NCBI GenBank assembly: GCA_903834185.1
Contig: CAILHX010000053.1
Coordinates: 1-24,000 of the forward strand
From: an uncultured Methylophilaceae bacterium
GTDB lineage: Bacteria > Pseudomonadota > Gammaproteobacteria > Burkholderiales > Methylophilaceae
Length of the DNA stretch: 24,000 bases
Direction: 5' to 3'
Part shown: positions 1-6,093 of the stretch, piece by piece
Numbering within the stretch: the stretch's first letter is position 1
Layout: every line of letters begins with the position of its first letter
Translations under genes and position numbers: made by a program
The notes under the pieces: model-generated
Seen by the model: the letters and a program-made list of their open reading frames with translations, nothing else
Databases searched by the model: none
What the model was told of the DNA's origin: nothing

Positions 1-98
1 ATTATTCAATTAAAAATAAAAATAGATATTCTTACCAGCCAATGTGGATGGTTCATGGAGTAATTGTCGGTGCGGTGAATAATAAAAAACGAAAATTC

Positions 99-133
99 AA
101 AAATACCTAGAACCTATGGCGCTAGGTATTTTT
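99..133. terminator. Candidate bidirectional intrinsic terminator hairpin
   Basis: Perfect 12-nt inverted repeat AAAAATACCTAG (99-110) / CTAGGTATTTTT (122-133) around an 11-nt loop. An A-run lies on the 5' side and a T-run on the 3' side, so it could act on either strand. The stem is A+T-rich, hence modest confidence. Confidence 0.4.
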
Positions 134-316
134 ATGATTAAGTTTGTGTATCGGTTCTATTGAGGATTTAGTGTTGCCAAGTTTCTATGGGAACGAAGTA
201 TAAATCGTTTCCACACACCTTTACGGAACGGCTAGGGTATACATGCCGTGGCTTTTTTACATGTGCATATCAGCAGCGTAGATAAAACGGAGCTGCAGGT
301 AAAATTACTTGAGCTG

Positions 317-625
317 TTATTTCGATTCTGGCGCAGCCTTGTGTGATTGCCACCAGCTCACCACTGACATCAGCGTACTTAACCCGAGCTTGGGCAAAGG
401 TAACTTGCGCCAGCTTGATCTCTTCATGATCAATATTGAAACCAGAGCGCCAGCCAATGCGCTCAGCATCGGGTACTGCCGGATCTTTTGCGCCAGCGCA
501 TGACCCTGGTCGTACAGGTGGGCAGCAGGCTTTAACGCTTGCGACAGCTGTTCAACCTGACTGCGTTGTTGCGCGATACGCAGCAATATCAGTTTACGTC
601 GCATGCGAATCTCGCGCAGAGTCAT
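317..625 (-). CDS. yqjK: YqjK-like small membrane protein
   Basis: 102-aa ORF. Its start overlaps the stop of the upstream yqjE-like gene by 4 nt (ATGA). It has a basic N-terminal helix (RMRRKLILLRIAQQR) and one hydrophobic segment, and it sits third in the conserved yqjD-yqjE-yqjK order. Confidence 0.6.
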   Translation of the reverse strand: MTLREIRMRRKLILLRIAQQRSQVEQLSQALKPAAHLYDQGHALAQKIRQYPMLSALAGALVSILIMKRSSWRKLPLPKLGLSTLMSVVSWWQSHKAAPESK

Positions 626-993
626 TCCGCAGGCTCCAATGCAGCTTTATCTTTGGCCAATTCATCCAGCGTGGCCGAGAACATCCTGTGTCTGGTTTCC
701 CTTGCCACACGGATGGCCAGCCAAAGGGCTATCCCGAGATAAGTGATGGTGACTAGACTGATCGCCAGCAAACGATGCGTATCCCAGAAAACGGCGATGA
801 CCAGCAGCGTGAGCATGGCGGTACCGAGGCCGAAGAACAGAATCATGATCAGGCTGTAAAGCAGCAGCCTGATAAAGCGGATGCGCTCTTCTTCCAGCTC
901 ATTGACCAAAAGTTCAAGGCGCGTTTGCGCCATGCCCAGCAAAGTGCTGAGCAATCTTTTTACCGACGCAAACAGCCCCGTTTCTGCTGTCAT
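622..993 (-). CDS. yqjE: YqjE-family (DUF1469-like) inner-membrane protein
   Basis: The track ORF 622-1071 overlaps the upstream gene. I start it at the internal ATG at 993 (MTAETGLF...), 3 nt after the yqjD-like stop. The segment RLELLVNELEEERIRF followed by two TM helices resembles E. coli YqjE. Confidence 0.7.
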   Translation of the reverse strand: MTAETGLFASVKRLLSTLLGMAQTRLELLVNELEEERIRFIRLLLYSLIMILFFGLGTAMLTLLVIAVFWDTHRLLAISLVTITYLGIALWLAIRVARETRHRMFSATLDELAKDKAALEPAE

Positions 994-998
994 GAGAC

Positions 999-1316
999 TT
1001 AGTTGCGGCGGGATGAGCTTAGATAACCGATGAGGAAACCCAGACCGCCCGCGATGATCACGGATTGCCATGGATTCTCATGTACATATTCATCGGTTGC
1101 CTTGGCAGTCTCCTTGGCTTTCTCGACCACGGCTTCTTCCAGGGTGATCAGGCGCTGTTTTGCATCGATCAATTTTGCGGTCAGGCTGCTGCGCAAAGCG
1201 GACACTTCCTTGCCGGTTTGATCAGCGGTTGCGCTGAGGATGGCTTCTGCATCAGCCACGACGGATTTGATATCCTTGACTAATTTGTCGCTATTGGCAC
1301 TGATTGAGCTGTTCAT
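999..1316 (-). CDS. yqjD: ElaB/YqjD/DUF883-family C-tail-anchored, ribosome-associated membrane protein
   Basis: 105 aa with a long helical N-terminal part. The characteristic C-terminus is ENPWQSVIIAGGLGFLIGYL..RR. AAGGAA Shine-Dalgarno sequence upstream. Confidence 0.85.
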   Translation of the reverse strand: MNSSISANSDKLVKDIKSVVADAEAILSATADQTGKEVSALRSSLTAKLIDAKQRLITLEEAVVEKAKETAKATDEYVHENPWQSVIIAGGLGFLIGYLSSSRRN

Positions 1317-1560
1317 TTAATGGTTCCTTTTATGATTAAGTAAGTAGGTATATACACAATACGCTGCGCCATACGCAGGGTCTGTTCGCTAACGTACAGA
1401 TGACAGCAATGTTGAAAAAAGGTTTAAAAAGCCTGCATTCGAGGCACATGTTACACTGGCAATAGGACATCTGTTTGACAAAAGTCAACAAACTGCACTA
1501 AACCTGCATTGCAACTGGATGAAACGCAGCCGCACGAAATGCTGTGATCCTGCACCTGCT

Positions 1561-2721
1561 TCAGTTTGCGCGGCTGAGTAATTTCAGCCAGATGAAACCG
1601 AGCACTCCGGCAGTGAGCGAGGCCATCAGAATCGCCATTTTCGAGGCATTGATAAAATGCGCGCTGTCGGCAAATGCGAGGTTGGTGATAAAGATGGACA
1701 TCGTGAAACCTATGCCACCCAGCAACCCGGCACCAAAGATGTGAGACCACCTCAGGTCTGCCGGGAGCTTGCACACCCCCAGCGCCACCGCAATAAAACT
1801 CAGCAGGAAAATCCCCAGCGGTTTGCCCAGCACCAGCCCGGCAATGATGCCCATGCTGTTGTGGCTGAGCAGGTCATGTTGCCAGCCTGCTTCGATGGCG
1901 ATGCCGGTATTCGCCAGTGCGAAGATGGGCAGAATGAGAAAAACCACCGGCTTGTGCAGCATGTGTTCCAGCCTATGCGAAGGCGATGCCTGATCGTCGG
2001 TTTTGGCTGAGAACGGAATGGCGAACGCCAGCAGTACTCCGGCGATTGTGGCATGCACGCCTGACTTCAGCATAAGCAGCCACATCAGCGCGCCGCCCAG
2101 CAGGTAGGGCCATAGCGACATCACCCTGAACACGCGATTGAATATCACCATCACGCCGAACACGGCGAACGCACCCAGCAAATAAATCACGGAGATCTGC
2201 GCGGTATAGAACACCGCGATGACGATGATCGCCCCCAGATCGTCCATCACCGCCAGTGCCGTCAGCAATATCTTGAGCGACAGAGGCAAGCGCTTGCCCA
2301 CCAGTGCCAGCACACCGAGCGCGAAAGCGATATCGGTGGCCATGGAAATGCCCGCGCCTGCCTGCGTAGTGCTACCAGCATTCAATGCGAAATGGATCAG
2401 TGCCGGGACTACGATACCGCCGCTGGCGGCGAATATGGGTAGCAGCGCATTGCGAAAATCGGAAAGCTCGCCGCTGTACAACTCGCGCTCCAGTTCCAGC
2501 CCCACGAACAGGAAGAACACCGCCATCAGTGCATCGTTGACCCATTGTTCTACACTTAAATGCAGGCTTAAACCGCCAATATCGGTATGCCAGAAATGCA
2601 GGTAAGCAGCACCCATAGATGAATTGGCGACCACCAGCGATAGCGCCGTGCACAGGATCAGCAGAATGCCGCTGGATTTCTCCGACTCGACGAAATTGTG
2701 GAAGGTTCTGGAAATAGGCAT
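1561..2721 (-). CDS. nhaA: Na+/H+ antiporter NhaA
   Basis: 386 aa and polytopic. N-terminus FVESEKSSGILLILCTALSLVVANS, plus the MATDIAFALGVLAL and AVMDDLGAIIVIA motifs typical of NhaA. Confidence 0.95.
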   Translation of the reverse strand: MPISRTFHNFVESEKSSGILLILCTALSLVVANSSMGAAYLHFWHTDIGGLSLHLSVEQWVNDALMAVFFLFVGLELERELYSGELSDFRNALLPIFAASGGIVVPALIHFALNAGSTTQAGAGISMATDIAFALGVLALVGKRLPLSLKILLTALAVMDDLGAIIVIAVFYTAQISVIYLLGAFAVFGVMVIFNRVFRVMSLWPYLLGGALMWLLMLKSGVHATIAGVLLAFAIPFSAKTDDQASPSHRLEHMLHKPVVFLILPIFALANTGIAIEAGWQHDLLSHNSMGIIAGLVLGKPLGIFLLSFIAVALGVCKLPADLRWSHIFGAGLLGGIGFTMSIFITNLAFADSAHFINASKMAILMASLTAGVLGFIWLKLLSRAN

Positions 2722-2774
2722 GGATACATTTTACAAGGAAGTGGCTGCCTTATAATCAACCATTTGAGGAGTGC

Positions 2775-3878
2775 ATGTTGATGAGGCGATGGATACTGTG
2801 CTTGATGCTATGCCTGTCGGTGTTTGCTGCGTTTGCAGAAGAAAAACAGAGCCTGGTCTCAGGCGTGGCATTCGACGCTCAAGGCCGGCTATGGGGTGTT
2901 GCAGTCAAGCAGGGGCAGCTATGGGTAGAGCACAGCCAGGCGCTACAGCCGGGCGAAGCCCCGCTGTTTTCCGGTGCAGTAGCGGTATCGCCAAAGAACG
3001 ATGTAGCAGTAGATTCGAGACCACAGATCGTGACCGGCGGGCAGAACATCTATATAGGCTGGTCGCAAAGTTCGGGCAATATCGGGTTCAGTCACTCAGG
3101 GGACGGCGGTAAAACCTTCTCTGCGCCGCTATTGCTGGACCATATGGCGCCCGCTCACGACACACAACATGGCGAGCCTCATCTCGATGCACTCGCGCTT
3201 ACTGCCGACGGCAAGCTATGGGCGGCGTGGTCCAGGGTGCAGGCCATTTACCTGTCGGTATCCAATGACCATGGCGAGAATTTCGGAGTGGCACGTATGG
3301 TGGCCGATAGCGCCTGGGCATGTGGCGGCATCGCGCTGCAGCCCGCAGGGGATAACCACGCGGTCGCCCTGTGGCGGCAATCATTCGATGGTGCTGTACG
3401 CGACCATGCCATCGCCCGCATAGATGCGGAAAGCCCTATCCACAGCCACCGCGCGACATTCGGCGGCGGCGTGTCGGATATCTGCCCGCAACCCGCACCA
3501 GCACTGGCAAAAGGCGGAGACTGGGGCTGGCACATGGCCTGGTTCGGCAGCGGAAAAAAGCCCGGCATATTCTATGCGCGCATGGATGGCGATGCCTGGG
3601 TGTCCTCGCCCGCCAAACGTTTCGCAAGCAAGCAGGCCGCTCAGCCATCGCTGCTGGCGATAGACGAGCATGTGTGGCTGGCATGGAAACAAATCGACCA
3701 AGGTGGCGCAACGGTCAACATTGCCGCATCGGATGATGGCGGGCGTAGCTGGTCGGATTCTGTTGTTGCGGGACGAAGCGAGGGTGAGGTGGATGAGCCT
3801 GTGCTAATCAATCATGGCGAAAAGGCTTATCTGTCGTGGAATACGTCTGTGGGATTCAGGCTTTTGCCATTGCCGTAG
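2775..3878 (+). CDS. Secreted BNR/Asp-box repeat (sialidase-fold-like) protein
   Basis: GAGGAG Shine-Dalgarno 4 nt upstream. Signal peptide MLMRRWILCLMLCLSVFAAFA. Three Asp-box-like motifs: SHSGDGGKTFS, SNDHGENFG, ASDDGGRSWS. Confidence 0.75.
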   Translation: MLMRRWILCLMLCLSVFAAFAEEKQSLVSGVAFDAQGRLWGVAVKQGQLWVEHSQALQPGEAPLFSGAVAVSPKNDVAVDSRPQIVTGGQNIYIGWSQSSGNIGFSHSGDGGKTFSAPLLLDHMAPAHDTQHGEPHLDALALTADGKLWAAWSRVQAIYLSVSNDHGENFGVARMVADSAWACGGIALQPAGDNHAVALWRQSFDGAVRDHAIARIDAESPIHSHRATFGGGVSDICPQPAPALAKGGDWGWHMAWFGSGKKPGIFYARMDGDAWVSSPAKRFASKQAAQPSLLAIDEHVWLAWKQIDQGGATVNIAASDDGGRSWSDSVVAGRSEGEVDEPVLINHGEKAYLSWNTSVGFRLLPLP

Positions 3879-3889
3879 TGAGCGCCATC

Positions 3890-3917
3890 TTGACAATTCG
3901 CTTGATGTACATACAAT
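3890..3917 (+). promoter_or_regulatory. Candidate sigma70 promoter of brnTA
   Basis: TTGACA (3890-3895), a 16-nt spacer, then TACAAT (3912-3917). The -10 ends 6 nt before the brnT ATG (3924), and there is no Shine-Dalgarno sequence in between. The palindrome ATGTACAT (3905-3912) overlaps the spacer and the -10. Confidence 0.5.
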
Positions 3918-3923
3918 GTATTT

Positions 3924-4211
3924 ATGATTAGATTCGAGTTGGATACAGCCAAGGCGATCTCTAACAAGAAGAAACATGGCGTTTCTTTTGAGGAAGCCCA
4001 GTCTGTTTTCTACGATGAATTTGCACTCCAATTCTTTGACGAAGAAAGCTCAGAATCAGAAGACAGGTTCCTGATGCTCGGCTTCAGCGATGAAGCCCGC
4101 CTGTTGATTGTCTGCCATTGTGAGCGCGAGCAAGGCAACACCATCCGAATCATCTCGGCCAGAAAAGCCACCAACATTGAGAGTAAATATTACTCAGGAG
4201 TCAAGCCATGA
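3924..4211 (+). CDS. brnT: BrnT-family (DUF497) type II toxin, ribonuclease
   Basis: 95 aa. The N-terminus MIRFELDTAKAISNKKKHGVSFEEAQSVF and the segment RFLMLGFS...LLIVCHCER...IRIISARKAT match the BrnT pattern. The toxin gene comes first, as is typical for brnTA. Confidence 0.9.
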   Translation: MIRFELDTAKAISNKKKHGVSFEEAQSVFYDEFALQFFDEESSESEDRFLMLGFSDEARLLIVCHCEREQGNTIRIISARKATNIESKYYSGVKP

Positions 4212-4432
4212 AAACTGAATACGATCTGTCAAAAATGAAATCCCGCAAAAACCCTTACGCAGCCAAGCTGAAAAAATCGGTCACCATGCGCTTGAGCGAA
4301 GATGTGATTAGCTATTTCAAACAAATGGCCGATGAAAAAGGCGTCCCATACCAGAGCCTGATCAATCTTTATCTTCGTGATTGTGTTGCAAGCCATAGGA
4401 AAGTGGATATTTCCTGGCAAACTGCGCCCTAA
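4208..4432 (+). CDS. brnA: BrnA-family antitoxin (RHH/CopG-like)
   Basis: 74 aa with an ATGA overlap onto brnT. YDLSKMKSRKNPYA...VTMRLSEDVISYFKQMADEKGVPYQSLINLYLRDCV matches the BrnA pattern. Confidence 0.85.
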   Translation: MKTEYDLSKMKSRKNPYAAKLKKSVTMRLSEDVISYFKQMADEKGVPYQSLINLYLRDCVASHRKVDISWQTAP

Positions 4433-4459
4433 CCGCAGAAATTTTTGAATGGCATGCCG

Positions 4460-4488
4460 TTGATGGGAAAAAATAGCAAACGTAGTAT
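4460..4488 (+). promoter_or_regulatory. Weak candidate promoter for the 286-aa gene
   Basis: TTGATG (4460-4465), a 17-nt spacer, then TAGTAT (4483-4488). This would place the 4497-4517 hairpin at the very 5' end of the transcript. Confidence 0.3.
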
Positions 4489-4496
4489 CCTATTCT

Positions 4497-4527
4497 GCGT
4501 ACCGCAAGCGGGTACGCCCTACGTGCT
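4497..4527. repeat. REP-like structured repeat, copy 1
   Basis: GCGTACC-GCAAGCG-GGTACGC followed by CCTACGTGCT. It shares the loop, the 3' tail and most stem positions with the element at 14257-14287. Confidence 0.5.
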
Positions 4528-4543
4528 TTAGAGCGACAGTAGC

Positions 4544-5404
4544 ATGGTCAAATATCTTATAGACAGGCACGGTCAGTTACGGGTTGAACAGTGGACAGTC
4601 GCCCCAGCCATCTATTTTGACCACTGGGCGCTTCGGAACATCTCTGAGGACAGTACATCTCGTCAGCGCTTTACGCGAGCGCTGGTGCACAGTGGCGGAA
4701 CGCTGATGCTGTCCTGGCTCAATTTGGTCGAGTTCACGAAGGTTGCAGATACCGCTCAAGCTCGCGCAGCTGAGGCGCTCGTCGAAGATGTCTTGCCGAA
4801 CGTGTTTTTCTTTGAAGTCAATCCGTTTACCGTTATCGATTGCGAGGACGCCTTGCTGGCAGGAGCCGACCCTTTTCCTCCTCACGCGGATAAGCAATTC
4901 CTTAGAGCCTTTACCGCATTGAAGCCCGACTCCCTTCGTACCTTTACAGCCAAGAATCTGTTCACCATTCCTCAGCAGAGCGGTTTGCACCCACGTATGG
5001 ACGACCTAGCGGATACCGCCGTGGAGCGTGTGGATGCGTTGAGAGCCGAATTTCTAAGTGACGCGGAGTTTCAGAGCCGAGTGAGGAAGCTGCCTGAGGG
5101 ACATTCTATCCAGCATGGGACGCGTTACGTGTTGAGAGAACTCATTCGCCTTGTGTTGCTCGATCAGTCTCTAAAGTTCTCTCGAAATCATGCCATCGAC
5201 CTTGTGCATTCAGTCGTACCACTTGCTTATTGCGATATCGTTCTTCTAGATAAGCATTGGAAAGCACAGGCGGAAAAAGTCCGAGAACGAGTATCAGAGT
5301 CGAACATGACTTTCTCAGTCGCCAAGGTGTTCTCAGGAAAGAGAGATGAAATTTCCCAGTTCTTGGAACTGATCAAGTCTAACCCTCAACGCACAAACCT
5401 ATAG
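4544..5404 (+). CDS. Uncharacterised 286-aa protein, possible insertion-containing PIN-like nuclease
   Basis: Long ORF in an otherwise unassigned interval, and I recognise no named family. The ordered acidic motifs PAIYFD26HWAL, LMLSWLNLVE63F, NHAID219LVHS and YCD231IVLLD236KHW resemble the four-acidic-residue PIN/VapC signature. The 3' end overlaps kdpE convergently by 19 nt. Confidence 0.65.
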   Translation: MVKYLIDRHGQLRVEQWTVAPAIYFDHWALRNISEDSTSRQRFTRALVHSGGTLMLSWLNLVEFTKVADTAQARAAEALVEDVLPNVFFFEVNPFTVIDCEDALLAGADPFPPHADKQFLRAFTALKPDSLRTFTAKNLFTIPQQSGLHPRMDDLADTAVERVDALRAEFLSDAEFQSRVRKLPEGHSIQHGTRYVLRELIRLVLLDQSLKFSRNHAIDLVHSVVPLAYCDIVLLDKHWKAQAEKVRERVSESNMTFSVAKVFSGKRDEISQFLELIKSNPQRTNL

Positions 5405-6093
5405 CCGACGCTAGACTCAGTAATAATGTGATCCGGTTGCGACGGTGTCGCCTCCAGCTTTTTGCGCAGATGCCCCATGTACACACGCACGTAATGCGTG
5501 TCTTCGATGTGCGATGGCCCCCACACTGCCTTGAGTATCTGCCGGTGCGTCAGTACGCAATCGGGGTTGGTGGCCAGGTAGGCCAGCAGGCGGTATTCGA
5601 TGGCGGTGAGATGCAGGGGTTGGCCTGCGCGTTCTACGCTGCGTTTTTGCATATCCAGCCGTACATCGCCGAATTCGATCACCGGGCTGCTGCTGGTGTT
5701 CGACGTGCGGCGCAGGTGTGCTTTGACGCGCGCGACCAGTTCCGCTGCGCCGAAGGGTTTGGTCAGGTAATCGTCGGCACCGCTATCCAGCGCGCGCACT
5801 TTGTCGGATTCCTCAGCGCGCGCAGACAGCACGATGATGGGTATCTGCGACCAGTTGCGCAGGTCGCGGATGAAATCTACGCCGTCGCCATCCGGTAGCC
5901 CTAAGTCCAATATCACGAGGTCGGGGTGGCGCGTTCCTGCGTCTATCAGGCCGCGCTGCATGGTTTCAGATTCATGCACCACGCAGTTTTCCGCCTCCAG
6001 CGCCATGCGCACGAAACGGCGTATCTGTGCCTCGTCTTCGACAATCAACACGGCTGGTTTATTCACGGCTTGTTTATTGGCTTCAACACTCAT
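5386..6093 (-). CDS. kdpE: KdpE, OmpR-family response regulator
   Basis: Receiver motifs VLIVEDE and LVILDLGLPDGDG, then a winged-helix C-terminus (LTAIEYRLLAYL...VGYRF). 4-nt overlap with kdpD. Confidence 0.95.
   Translation of the reverse strand: MSVEANKQAVNKPAVLIVEDEAQIRRFVRMALEAENCVVHESETMQRGLIDAGTRHPDLVILDLGLPDGDGVDFIRDLRNWSQIPIIVLSARAEESDKVRALDSGADDYLTKPFGAAELVARVKAHLRRTSNTSSSPVIEFGDVRLDMQKRSVERAGQPLHLTAIEYRLLAYLATNPDCVLTHRQILKAVWGPSHIEDTHYVRVYMGHLRKKLEATPSQPDHIITESSVGYRFVR

Noticed and set aside
1476-1489. Palindrome TTGACaaaaGTCAA downstream of nhaA and far upstream of yqjD
   Set aside because: The stem is short with no U-tract. It lies about 160 nt from the yqjD start and I recognise no matching operator consensus. 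It may be a chance occurrence.
4685-4735. The SGGTLML segment of the 286-aa protein as an AbiEii/nucleotidyltransferase hG[GS] motif
   Set aside because: The required downstream Dh[DE]h acidic pair is absent (the sequence reads NLVEF). The rest of the protein does not follow the AbiEii pattern, and the PIN-like reading fits more positions.
4577-4990. 137-aa ORF antisense to the 286-aa gene
   Set aside because: It is shorter and fully nested in the longer ORF, with no Shine-Dalgarno sequence and no motifs.
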